Shown: positions 25,840 through 34,508, counted from the first letter of the stretch. The stretch is 57,291 nucleotides of DNA from Candidatus Uhrbacteria bacterium (GCA_016209345.1 JACQWH010000029.1:1-57291); one strand, 5' to 3'. Made by a program: numbers and translations. The notes: generated by a model from the sequence alone, not told the origin.

Positions 25840-27642
25840 TTATTTTATTATTATAGCACACAATTGGGATGCGGGAAAGTGGAAAGCTGTCCCGAACGGC
25901 GTGTTCTGCCGATATGGCGCCACACCGGAGGTTATTGTATCGATAATTTTCTTCTTATCCTTACCCCGTAGCAGGCGAGGTTTTGCGCGCACGGATTCGT
26001 GCCCAAGCAACACGAGCGATAATCCCTTATCGGTAAATTCACCGGCAACAATCAATCCCTGCTGAGTTTCTTTTGAGAATGTTTGATCAAAGACAAAGTT
26101 ACCAAGAGAGTATACAATAGGCTTCCCTTGGTACACGCCAATATCTTGAATAACATGGGGGTGCGCGCCAATAACCGCATCAGCGCCCGCATCGATCCAC
26201 TGTTTTGCGAGCTGCTCTTGCTCGGGTGAGTGTTTCGGTTGATATTCGACACCCCAATGGGGAAACACAATGACTCGGCTCGCGTCATTTTTCTTTAATT
26301 CCCGAATGGCGTCAATGATCGGCCGCTGTTTTGGATGCGACAACACGTTCACGCCGATAATGGAAAGCTTCAAATTCTGTCCCTGGAATTCGCAGACGAT
26401 CTGTTCCTTCACCTCCCGCGGATCGCCAATCGGACAGATGCTCTGTTTACGCAAAAGAGTGCGCGTTGTCAGAAGACCGTTCGCTCCCTGATTTAAGGTA
26501 TGATTGTTTGCCAAACTCACGGCCCCAAGTTTGAGATACCGAAGCGCAGATATACCTTGAGGAGAAAAATTAAATGACACATTATTTGCTTTTGGATTTG
26601 ATCGCAGGGGCATATCGCTGATGGGTCCTTCGAGGTTGGCTACGGGCGCATCAACGCCCCAAAAAACACGGTTGCCAAAATCAGAAAACAGGCGGCGGAA
26701 TGAATCCTGTTCGTACCAATACCCTACCGCACGTCCCAGTATGATATCGCCGGCAAACGCAAATGAAACCGACGGCTCCGGCGCGGCCGGCTCGCCCTCC
26801 TCGTACCAACCGAACATATGAGACGTACTCTCAGCGTCAGAATTACCAATAATAACGCCGCTATTGGTGTGATCAAATACGACAAAACGTTTCGTGTCGT
26901 GCCGCACCGCCCACGTTGCAAGAAATGAGAGAACCGCGGGCGCGTCAACCTCCGCTTTTCTCATCAGCAATGGACTGTCGCGACTCACAAGCGCGCGCAA
27001 CGTCAATCGATCGTGAAGATCGGCAAGCGCAGCGGGTTGATAGTGAGAAAAATCAACCGAGGCGACAACCAGACACGCGGGGCAATGCCCATTGAGCGCA
27101 TCGGCAAGCGCCGTAACTTCTTCTTGCGGTGTTTCCATCTTGACGATGATGGGAACAATGCGCGCGTCAGGAAATGTTTGCTTGATGTCGCGAACAATGA
27201 GGTAAATGCTGTGCTCGCCATTGAAACTTTTTGGCTCCTCGCGAACCGTTTTGTTACTTGCAAGTGCATCAATAACACCGACATCTGGCTCAAGTATGCC
27301 AACGCTGGTATTCCACGAGCGCCGGGTTGTCTGAATGTTTGCAATGCCTCGCTCAAAATGATTGGGTCCAATAAGAACAATGGTTTCGGGTTTTCCGACA
27401 TTCTCATATCGCGCTCCTATTGTGCGAAACATCTCCGTCCGCGTCGCGCCAACAATCTCATGATGTGGCACAACTATGCCGGATATGCGCGGTGTGAGAG
27501 ATGGCTGTACTGCTTCAACACGCCCTGATTCAACCGGCACAGCAACCATCGGGGCCACAACGCCAACAATCAGCACACCGACAACGCCCACAGGGATCAC
27601 GAAACAAAGAAACAATATCTTCAGAACAGGATGTACGCGCAT
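25840..27642 (-). CDS. Membrane-anchored fusion of a Memo-like (AmmeMemoRadiSam system protein B family) domain and a CapA/PGA-synthesis metallophosphatase-like domain
   Basis: N-terminal TM helix. Memo-like motifs are VVPHHEIVG, LIGPNHF, EHSIYL and VDFSHY. CapA-like motifs are FAGDIILGR, LANNHTLNQG, FPHWGVEYQ, GAHPHVIQ and SLGNFVFDQ. Confidence 0.7.
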   Translation of the reverse strand: MRVHPVLKILFLCFVIPVGVVGVLIVGVVAPMVAVPVESGRVEAVQPSLTPRISGIVVPHHEIVGATRTEMFRTIGARYENVGKPETIVLIGPNHFERGIANIQTTRRSWNTSVGILEPDVGVIDALASNKTVREEPKSFNGEHSIYLIVRDIKQTFPDARIVPIIVKMETPQEEVTALADALNGHCPACLVVASVDFSHYQPAALADLHDRLTLRALVSRDSPLLMRKAEVDAPAVLSFLATWAVRHDTKRFVVFDHTNSGVIIGNSDAESTSHMFGWYEEGEPAAPEPSVSFAFAGDIILGRAVGYWYEQDSFRRLFSDFGNRVFWGVDAPVANLEGPISDMPLRSNPKANNVSFNFSPQGISALRYLKLGAVSLANNHTLNQGANGLLTTRTLLRKQSICPIGDPREVKEQIVCEFQGQNLKLSIIGVNVLSHPKQRPIIDAIRELKKNDASRVIVFPHWGVEYQPKHSPEQEQLAKQWIDAGADAVIGAHPHVIQDIGVYQGKPIVYSLGNFVFDQTFSKETQQGLIVAGEFTDKGLSLVLLGHESVRAKPRLLRGKDKKKIIDTITSGVAPYRQNTPFGTAFHFPASQLCAIIIK

Positions 27643-27651
27643 AACCTTATC

Positions 27652-27921
27652 TTACGGATTGCGGACAATACCCATGAACAGCGGTTCACTTGTTTGGTCA
27701 TCGCGAATGGCGAAGAAAAATGGGCAATTGACTTCCATATAAAATATCTTTTTTGCGGGTTCGGCCGATGTAATGCCCATGCCGATGCCCGTTACGGCGG
27801 TGACTTCGGTTGCTTCTTCGTTGACATCGACGTATGTTTTATGCATGACTTCGCTGATTTTTAGGTAATCGCCTATGCCGGTAAAATCAGTGCTGTCCTC
27901 AATTCGCGAGCTCGAAATATA
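27652..27921 (-). pseudogene. Serpin C-terminal remnant
   Basis: ...DFTGIGDYLKISEVMHKTYVDVNEEATEVTAVTGIGMGITSA....FYMEVNCPFFFAIRDDQTSEPLFMGIVRNP matches the serpin hinge/RCL and C-terminal signature. The ~300 aa normally upstream are absent. Confidence 0.65.
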
Positions 27922-27928
27922 ACATTCT

Positions 27929-29125
27929 CTAAAACGATTCGATAGTTTTCAGTATCTTCTCAAATGTTTTATCGGAACTGTCCTTAAATTTCATTTCTAA
28001 AAGTACTATACGGGAACCAGAAAAAAGAAAACCCATTGCGGAGCAATACTCTCCGCATTCATCTATGACAATCGCTTTCTTGCCCTCTATCACAACCTCT
28101 TTTGCTTTGACCAATTCATCCTTAATAGAGGTCTTCTCTTTTACTGTTTCATACGTGAGCGCAGACGCCGGATAAACGTATATTCGGGAAAGATAGTCAT
28201 CATCTCCCTCCAGAGCTCCTCCTGTTGTTTTGCGACCAAGCGCAAAACTCCAGAGCGTAGCTGATGATTCTCCAAATATGCCCGAGTATCTCGGCCATTG
28301 TGGCGGCTGCTCGATGATTGGGGTCGGATAGTTCTGCGGGTATTGAAAACGTATGCCGGCTTTCTGATTTTCAAATACGCTGTATGCGACCGATTCATTA
28401 ATTTCGTTATCTATTTTTATTTTTTCAAGGTCGTCATTGGAAATCCCCAGCCCAAACCCGCGCATCATGGCAAACGCATCTGAGGGCCGGCCGAGAAAGT
28501 ATCGCCGGCCGATCCTTGGCTCGACGTACCATGCCTCGCCTCTTTCTTCCACTTGAAGCAAAATTTTACCACGAAGTTTTTTTGTAAACGCTTCGTCAAT
28601 AGGCATTTTACCCGGACCGTATGGATTGTAATTGTTGGCAATTTCTATCGCATCCGAGTATCCATCTCCGTCGCTATCTTTTTGGAGATCGTATCCAAGA
28701 AGATTGCTCATCGCTTTTGTAAAACAGTCGGCATAGCCCTTTCCTGCCGAGCCGGCAAAAAGATCAGAGATACAGGGCTGCACCTCTGCTATGCCGGCAT
28801 TCACCCCCTCTGACGCGTCGCTATACTTTGTCATTTCCGGTGTTACGATACCTATGGGTATCTTTGCCAAATTTACGTTTGTAATGCCAAGACCAAAAGA
28901 ACGCATCATACCAAACGCGTCTGCAGGCCGGCCGAGATAGACGCGCGTGCCCGTGTCGGGACGCAGGTACCACGCCTCTCCTTTGTTTTCTACTTGAAGA
29001 AGAATACGTCCTTTCAATTTCTCGGCCGTCGTTGCGCCGCGTGCGAATTGTGTGACAGAAAAAAACAAAACCCCGCCACCAAACGAAAGAATCAGCGCAC
29101 AATAAAAAACCTTCTTCATATTCAT
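27929..29125 (-). CDS. Secreted protein with two GRILLQ..GEAWY domains
   Basis: Signal peptide. Domain copies begin LKGRILLQVENKGEAWYLRPDTG... and LRGKILLQVEERGEAWYVEPRIG..., with a DSDGDGYSD Ca-binding-like linker. Confidence 0.65.
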   Translation of the reverse strand: MNMKKVFYCALILSFGGGVLFFSVTQFARGATTAEKLKGRILLQVENKGEAWYLRPDTGTRVYLGRPADAFGMMRSFGLGITNVNLAKIPIGIVTPEMTKYSDASEGVNAGIAEVQPCISDLFAGSAGKGYADCFTKAMSNLLGYDLQKDSDGDGYSDAIEIANNYNPYGPGKMPIDEAFTKKLRGKILLQVEERGEAWYVEPRIGRRYFLGRPSDAFAMMRGFGLGISNDDLEKIKIDNEINESVAYSVFENQKAGIRFQYPQNYPTPIIEQPPQWPRYSGIFGESSATLWSFALGRKTTGGALEGDDDYLSRIYVYPASALTYETVKEKTSIKDELVKAKEVVIEGKKAIVIDECGEYCSAMGFLFSGSRIVLLEMKFKDSSDKTFEKILKTIESF

Positions 29126-29190
29126 ATGGTTTCAGTGAATAGTATGGATATAGAGCCCTCTGCAAAAGGGCTCTATAGTATAGCGTGCCG

Positions 29191-31323
29191 CTACTCAAGA
29201 TGCACCGTACCCTGGAATTTTATGATATGATCTTTCAGTTCCGGATACGTTTCAAGAATGCCGACATACTCTTGCGCATACGTTCGTGCTTTTTCAATGA
29301 GCTCGGTATCAAACAATGTTGCGATTTTTAAGCTTGGCATACCGGACTGGCGCAAGCCGCGGACATCACCCTCTCCGCGCAATTCGAGATCTTTCTCGGC
29401 CAACGCAAAGCCGTCATTAGAGGCAACAACCGCTTTGAGGCGCGCAATCTGCTCCCTCTCCTCATTGGTTGGAGCCAAGAAGCAATACGACTGGTGCTCC
29501 GCTCTTCCGACGCGTCCGCGCAATTGATGAAGCTGTGCGAGGCCGAATCGTTCCGCGCCTTCAATAAACATCACGTTGGCATTTGGTACGTCAACGCCAA
29601 CTTCTACGACCGACGTTGTGACAATGATATCGACTTCATGGTCGCGAAATGCGGTCATGATCCTCTCTTTGTCGGCTGGCTTCAGCTTGCCGTGGAGCAT
29701 GGCAACGCGTTCGCATCGAAACGGTCCCTCTGTCAGCCGCTTATATTCCTCGGTCACCGACCGTACGCCAAGCGTGTCTGTAGGATTGATAATGGAACAG
29801 ATAACAAATGCCTGCCGTCCCCTGCCGATCTGTTTTCGGATAAAATCATAGGTCCATCCGCGATAGGATTGAGGGACGATTTTTGTAATGATTTTCTTTC
29901 GCCCTTTGGGCAGGGAGCGGATGGTGGAAATATCAACATCGCCATATACCGTAAGAGCGAGCGAGCGCGGAATGGGCGTCGCGGTCATCGACAACAAGTG
30001 CGGCATCAGTGAGTCGCGATTTTTTTCCCGCAGAACCTTTCTCTGCATGACACCGAAACGATGTTGTTCGTCTATGACTGCGAGCGCAAAATTTTTGAAA
30101 AAAATCTTTTCTTGCAAAAGCGCGTGCGTGCCGATGATGATATCAACACCACCGGTTGCTATCGTAGCTCTTACTTCTTGATTCTTAATTCTTGATTCGT
30201 GATTCTGCGCTGTCAAAAACGCAATGCGAACATCAAAATCCGCAAACAGCTTTTTTAATGTAGTAAAATGTTGCCGCGCCAATACTTCCGTCGGCGCCAT
30301 AAGCGCGCACTGATACCCCGCGCGCACGACGTTAAGCATCACCAGTACGGCGACAATGGTCTTCCCTGCGCCGACATCCCCTTGAAGCAGACGATTCATG
30401 GGCATTGAATGTTCGATATCGCGAAAAATCTCCCACGCCACTTCCTTCTGTTCTCTTGTCAGAGAAAACGGCAAAGATGCGATGAATGTTTTTGTCGCCT
30501 TCGCATCAAAAGGAATGGCGTGCGCAGACAGTTTCGCAAGCGAGTTTTTTACTCTTAAACTTGAGAGCTGATAAAGAAATAATTCTTCGAATTTGAATCG
30601 CCGCTCTGCGGCACGCGCATCCTCCAACCGATCCGGAAAATGAATATCCTCAAGCGCGTCGTATAATGAGGTCATCTGCTCGTTTGCAAGCAGATGGGCG
30701 GGAAGCCATTCACGTACGTCGCCACCACCACACGCATCAAGAGCGTTTCTCATGAGTGTTCGGAATTGTTTCTGGGTGATGCCGGATGGAAGCGAATAAA
30801 CCGGCACCAGGCGAGCGGTATGGAGGAAAATGGGGTCTGGCTCAATTTCGCGAAGAGAATTTGTGCCTGACCCCATTTTCTCATATACAGGACTGACCAT
30901 CTGAAGATCATAGTAACTATCGTTGGTCTTCCCGCTCAGAGAAACATATTCCCCGACATGAAGATTTTTTATCAAAAACGGCTGATTGAACCATATCGCC
31001 TTTATACTCCCGCTCTCGTCAGATATGAGCGCCTCCGTGACGATCATGCGCCTGTTCCGCGATCTTCTATTGCCAATCATATCAATACGCCCATGGATTG
31101 TTGCGCGTGTTCCGATGCTCAGATCGGCAATGGACGCGCTGTATGAAAAATCGTCGAACCGATAGGGAAAATAAAAAATGAGATCCTTGCAGGTCTCAAT
31201 TCCCATCTTCGCTAATTGCTTTTGGAGTACTGTGCCCACTCGAGGCAAGCTCGAAACGGGCATGTCGCTATCCGCCATACGCATTATGAGAGTGGTGAAA
31301 AATAGCTTCCCGGTCAGTTCCAT
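29191..31323 (-). CDS. recG: ATP-dependent DNA helicase RecG
   Basis: Wedge domain plus SF2 helicase motifs (GDVGAGKT, DEQHRFG, SMTATPIPR, the TTSVVEVGVDVPNA region, HQLRGRVGR). The true start is probably a downstream Met (MADSD or MPVSS). Confidence 0.9.
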   Translation of the reverse strand: MELTGKLFFTTLIMRMADSDMPVSSLPRVGTVLQKQLAKMGIETCKDLIFYFPYRFDDFSYSASIADLSIGTRATIHGRIDMIGNRRSRNRRMIVTEALISDESGSIKAIWFNQPFLIKNLHVGEYVSLSGKTNDSYYDLQMVSPVYEKMGSGTNSLREIEPDPIFLHTARLVPVYSLPSGITQKQFRTLMRNALDACGGGDVREWLPAHLLANEQMTSLYDALEDIHFPDRLEDARAAERRFKFEELFLYQLSSLRVKNSLAKLSAHAIPFDAKATKTFIASLPFSLTREQKEVAWEIFRDIEHSMPMNRLLQGDVGAGKTIVAVLVMLNVVRAGYQCALMAPTEVLARQHFTTLKKLFADFDVRIAFLTAQNHESRIKNQEVRATIATGGVDIIIGTHALLQEKIFFKNFALAVIDEQHRFGVMQRKVLREKNRDSLMPHLLSMTATPIPRSLALTVYGDVDISTIRSLPKGRKKIITKIVPQSYRGWTYDFIRKQIGRGRQAFVICSIINPTDTLGVRSVTEEYKRLTEGPFRCERVAMLHGKLKPADKERIMTAFRDHEVDIIVTTSVVEVGVDVPNANVMFIEGAERFGLAQLHQLRGRVGRAEHQSYCFLAPTNEEREQIARLKAVVASNDGFALAEKDLELRGEGDVRGLRQSGMPSLKIATLFDTELIEKARTYAQEYVGILETYPELKDHIIKFQGTVHLE
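30826..30880 (-). repeat. In-frame palindromic insertion element P3 (55 nt)
   Basis: The reverse complement is identical at 55/55 positions to P1. It sits in the same codon phase and encodes the same peptide, (K)MGSGTNSLREIEPDPIF, in the RecG N-terminal region. Confidence 0.8.
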
Positions 31324-31454
31324 GACAATGGCCGGGCGACGAGTTCAGCGCATTTTTGGGACGAAATTTGCTGGAAATGAGCCGGAAGAAACTCACACGT
31401 GATATTTTTCACCACTCTCATTATATTCATCGGAACCCATCACCATCTCTTCAC

Positions 31455-31526
31455 TGCACCCGGTAGGAATCGAACCTGCATTGCGGGATCCGCAATCCCG
31501 TGTCCTATCCGTTGAACGACGGGTGC
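31455..31526 (-). tRNA. tRNA-Arg (anticodon GCG)
   Basis: Manual cloverleaf: acceptor GCACCCG/CGGGTGC, anticodon stem CGGGA/TCCCG, loop TTGCGGA, and a T-arm GCAGG-TTCGATT-CCTAC with one mismatch. 72 nt, with no encoded CCA. Confidence 0.9.
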
Positions 31527-31583
31527 AAAAAAGAACTGTCATGTGCTCCTGCCCATGAAATCAAATGAATCTGCCAAAAGCGC

Positions 31584-32054
31584 CTAGAGTTTAAGCGCTC
31601 GCATGAGCCAATCGAGTATCGGCTCCTGCTCATGCTCTCCGTTTTCCTGGAGAAAATCACGTAAAAACATTCTAACGGATTCCGGCTGACAGTCAATGAG
31701 GGGGATGGGTACGATACTTCGCAGCCCGCGCGCTTCATGAAGATAAAGCACCGGCATACCATCGTCGCGCTTGAGAAGCGAAAACGAGTCAAGGTCGGAA
31801 AATGAATATTTTTTATTCCCGATAACAATACCTTCATCAGTCAGCGTACATTCGATACGCGACGGTTCCTGCATTTGCCGCGCAAAAAGCACGATGACGG
31901 TAATGACGGTAATGACGGTAAAAAGAAAATTGTTCGTCGCAACACTATATACCACAAGGAGCGCGACGACAAGCCCGGCAATGCCATACCACCACGTACC
32001 CCGCTCGTGTTTTTCAAATTCCTGAAATGTCCAGCGAAATGATTGATCTTCCAT
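31584..32054 (-). CDS. Small membrane protein (two TM helices plus a soluble C-terminal domain)
   Basis: The start was moved to MEDQSFRW. The TM region contains VITVITVIT, encoded by a GACGGTAAT x3 tandem repeat. Confidence 0.55.
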   Translation of the reverse strand: MEDQSFRWTFQEFEKHERGTWWYGIAGLVVALLVVYSVATNNFLFTVITVITVIVLFARQMQEPSRIECTLTDEGIVIGNKKYSFSDLDSFSLLKRDDGMPVLYLHEARGLRSIVPIPLIDCQPESVRMFLRDFLQENGEHEQEPILDWLMRALKL

Positions 32055-32062
32055 ATAACAAA

Positions 32063-32071
32063 AGTATACCA
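32063..32071 (-). promoter_or_regulatory. Extended -10 box TGGTATACT, 8 nt upstream of the ATG (leaderless arrangement)
   Basis: The minus strand reads TGGTATACT-TTTGTTAT-ATG, with the ATG at 32054. Confidence 0.4.
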
Positions 32072-32144
32072 TGACTGGAAAACGATACAATGTTCGATCG
32101 GAAAAGGATATATCCACAGCGTCGTTCTCTATAAAAAATAGATG

Positions 32145-32153
32145 TGCTATAAT
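32145..32153 (+). promoter_or_regulatory. Extended -10 box TGCTATAAT, 6 nt upstream of the ATG at 32160
   Basis: TGTGCTATAAT-GGAGAC-ATG. The ORF-track start at 32142 would lie inside this box. Confidence 0.45.
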
Positions 32154-32159
32154 GGAGAC

Positions 32160-33164
32160 ATGGTAGAACTGCTTATGGAAAAACGCATCCTATTTAAAAA
32201 GGGGGAGCAAAGGGAACTGCTCGACCAAATACTCGACCACCTTTCTGTTAAAGACATGGCATTGGCTTGCCGTTGTTCCGAAAGAACAATACGAGATTGG
32301 CATCGTGAAAAATTTTCTATTGATTTTGATTCATTACGAAAACTGTGCGATACAACCGGTGTCACATTTCCCGAAGAAGGTGTTGAAATTAAAAATCGCT
32401 ATTGGTACACATCTATTGGAGCACAACTCGGCGGAATAGCAGCGATGCAAAAATATGGGCGCGTAGGCGGAGATCCAAATCATCGTAAGAAAAAATGGCG
32501 CGAATGGTGGGAGCGAGAGGGAAAATTTAGAAAGGACCTCATCACGAACAATCCTTTATCGATTCAACTTCCAAAACCGTCTCCGGCGTTAGCGGAGTTC
32601 GTTGGCATAGTGCTCGGCGATGGTGGCATAACAAAAAATCAGGTTACCATTACACTCCATAGATTTGATGATAAGAAATATGGAACATTTGTAGCGCGCC
32701 TTATTGCATCTCTATTTAAAGTACCTGTTGGTATTTATCAGGATATGAATGCTCTTGCTACAAGCTATGTTATATCTCGAGTTATACTCGTCAACTTTTG
32801 CGAAAAGCAACTCGGACTTCAAAGAGGAAATAAAATAAAACATCAGGTTGATATTCCTGAATGGATTAAAACAAACAAAAAATTTTCTGTCAGCTGTGTT
32901 CGTGGTCTTATAGATACCGACGGAAGCATATTTGCTCATCGGTATCGCGTAGGCAGGAAGGATTATTCTTACAAAAAACTACAGTTTGTTTCTCGATCAC
33001 AACCGCTAAGGCAATCCGTATTCCACATACTGCAAAATAGCGGGTTAACTGCACGCCTTGGCAGACAGTATGACATATGGATCGATAATCAAAAAGAATT
33101 AACGAAATATTTTAAAATTATAGGGACTCACAATCCGAAACATTTGAATAATTATTTAAAATAG
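32160..33164 (+). CDS. Free-standing LAGLIDADG-family homing-endonuclease-like protein
   Basis: Two LAGLIDADG-type motifs (FVGIVLGDGGI and VRGLIDTDGSI) plus an N-terminal HTH-like region. AT-rich. Confidence 0.7.
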   Translation: MVELLMEKRILFKKGEQRELLDQILDHLSVKDMALACRCSERTIRDWHREKFSIDFDSLRKLCDTTGVTFPEEGVEIKNRYWYTSIGAQLGGIAAMQKYGRVGGDPNHRKKKWREWWEREGKFRKDLITNNPLSIQLPKPSPALAEFVGIVLGDGGITKNQVTITLHRFDDKKYGTFVARLIASLFKVPVGIYQDMNALATSYVISRVILVNFCEKQLGLQRGNKIKHQVDIPEWIKTNKKFSVSCVRGLIDTDGSIFAHRYRVGRKDYSYKKLQFVSRSQPLRQSVFHILQNSGLTARLGRQYDIWIDNQKELTKYFKIIGTHNPKHLNNYLK

Positions 33165-33185
33165 GGTAGCATTCCTAAATCATAG

Positions 33186-33276
33186 GGAGAGGTGAGTGAG
33201 TGGCTGAAACTAGCAGGTTGCTAACCTGCCATACGAGTTTTTTCTCGTATCGAGGGTTCGAATCCCTCCCTCTCCG
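33186..33276 (+). tRNA. tRNA-Ser (anticodon GCT)
   Basis: Acceptor GGAGAGG/CCTCTCC, anticodon arm GCAGG-TTGCTAA-CCTGC, long variable arm (CATACGAGTTTTTTCTCGTATC), and T-arm GAGGG-TTCGAAT-CCCTC. Confidence 0.9.
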
Positions 33277-33425
33277 AATTGAAAAATGAAAAGGGATTCG
33301 AACGGGTAGCAGTCCCAATACTTATCAGGACGCCGATCGAACAGCCGGCGGCTGTTTGGGCGCTACCCCGGGCAAACGACCGAAGGGAGAGCGGAAATCC
33401 CCCCCTCCCCGATTCCAAATATCTA

Positions 33426-34385
33426 TCAATGCATAATAAGCACGCGGCCTATTTTCTCGTCGAAGTGTTTCTCAACGGCTGTCTTAAAAAACACAAATGC
33501 AAACGTCCAGATAATAAACGCCACAACGGTCAATAATGGCGTCGGATATTCGGGAAAATACCGCGACGCGACATACACGGCCAGAACGACATTCATGTAC
33601 GCCAAGCTCGCAGTGTATGCAATGCGTTCGGCGCGCGGCCTCCCTATGCCTACCGCATAGCCGGCGGCATGGGCAAGCACCCCGAACAACAGCAAAATAC
33701 CAATATGCCCCAGCAGCGACAGGTGGATGTTTGCGCGTATCTGTTCGGCATACTGTGCCACGACACCGGCGATAAGCAGGGCAAGCAGCGTGGTTGAAGT
33801 CGGTTTTGCCAAGGGAAGGATCCTGTCGACAGTGCGGCCGCCGACGCACACGCGCAGTACTTGCGCAAGCGCAAGGGGCAGGATCATAATGAGTACCAAA
33901 TTTTGAATCATTGAAACAAAATCAATCGCAACGGTCTGCCCAACCGTAATCGCGGCAACAAGCGGAATGGTAAACGGCGCAAGCACGGAGGTGCTCACGG
34001 TGAGCGCAAGCGCAATCTCAAGCGACCCGTTCGCAAGGGCTGTAAAAAACGGCGCGGACATCGCGGTAGGCATCGCGCCAAGCAGCATAATCGCCGTGGC
34101 AGATGAAGGCGATATCACTCGCGCAATCCAATACGCGCAGACGGGAAAGACAATAAGCATTACCACATTGGCGCACAAAAAACGGACCGGCTGGGCAAGC
34201 GCGTGTTTGCTGTCCTTCGGGTGGAGAGAAAGACCCGCAAGAAAAAATATCCCTTGAAGGAAAAGCGAACTCTGCGAAGAAAGAATCCCTGTCCATGCGG
34301 GGAACAGTAATCCCGCCCCGACCGCCAGAATCATAAGGGACGCATAGGAGAAAATGACTGCTCCTATTCTTTTCAGAAATGCCAT
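33426..34385 (-). CDS. Bile acid:sodium symporter (BASS/SBF-like) family transporter
   Basis: 319-aa polytopic membrane protein whose length and helix pattern resemble the BASS family. Assigned by eye only. Confidence 0.55.
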   Translation of the reverse strand: MAFLKRIGAVIFSYASLMILAVGAGLLFPAWTGILSSQSSLFLQGIFFLAGLSLHPKDSKHALAQPVRFLCANVVMLIVFPVCAYWIARVISPSSATAIMLLGAMPTAMSAPFFTALANGSLEIALALTVSTSVLAPFTIPLVAAITVGQTVAIDFVSMIQNLVLIMILPLALAQVLRVCVGGRTVDRILPLAKPTSTTLLALLIAGVVAQYAEQIRANIHLSLLGHIGILLLFGVLAHAAGYAVGIGRPRAERIAYTASLAYMNVVLAVYVASRYFPEYPTPLLTVVAFIIWTFAFVFFKTAVEKHFDEKIGRVLIMH

Positions 34386-34395
34386 AGTGTATTGG

Positions 34396-34508
34396 AAAAA
34401 ATCACAAATTCAAAATTCCAAGCTCAAAATAAATCTCAAATCAAAAATTCAAAAAGGGGACAAACCTTTCGATTTATTTGTGATTTGTAATTTTGAATTT
34501 GGTGCTTA
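34396..34508. repeat. Type-2 AT-rich long hairpin element, copy Y
   Basis: The right arm GATTTATTTGTGATTTGTAATTTTGAATTTGGTGCTTA is the reverse complement of the left arm of copy X (15304..), allowing a few mismatches. Confidence 0.55.

Noticed and set aside
30170-30210. GAATCACGAATCAAGAATTAAGAATC-like stretch in recG (encodes NHESRIKNQE), considered as another in-frame repeat insertion
   Set aside because: As far as I can recall, the length of this RecG segment matches other RecG proteins, so there is no clear extra sequence. The similarity to the spacer repeat may be convergence or chance; it cannot be called an insertion without an alignment.
31505-31837. 110-aa minus-strand ORF overlapping tRNA-Arg and the neighbouring membrane-protein gene
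   Set aside because: It overlaps a well-folding tRNA and a better-supported ORF in another frame, so it is a spurious frame.
33277-33425. GGGATTCGAAC motif, considered as a possible minus-strand tRNA or tmRNA 3' end
   Set aside because: The bases flanking the T-loop-like motif are not complementary, no acceptor stem can be formed, and the region is far too short for a tmRNA. It is kept only as a low-interest structured-region note.
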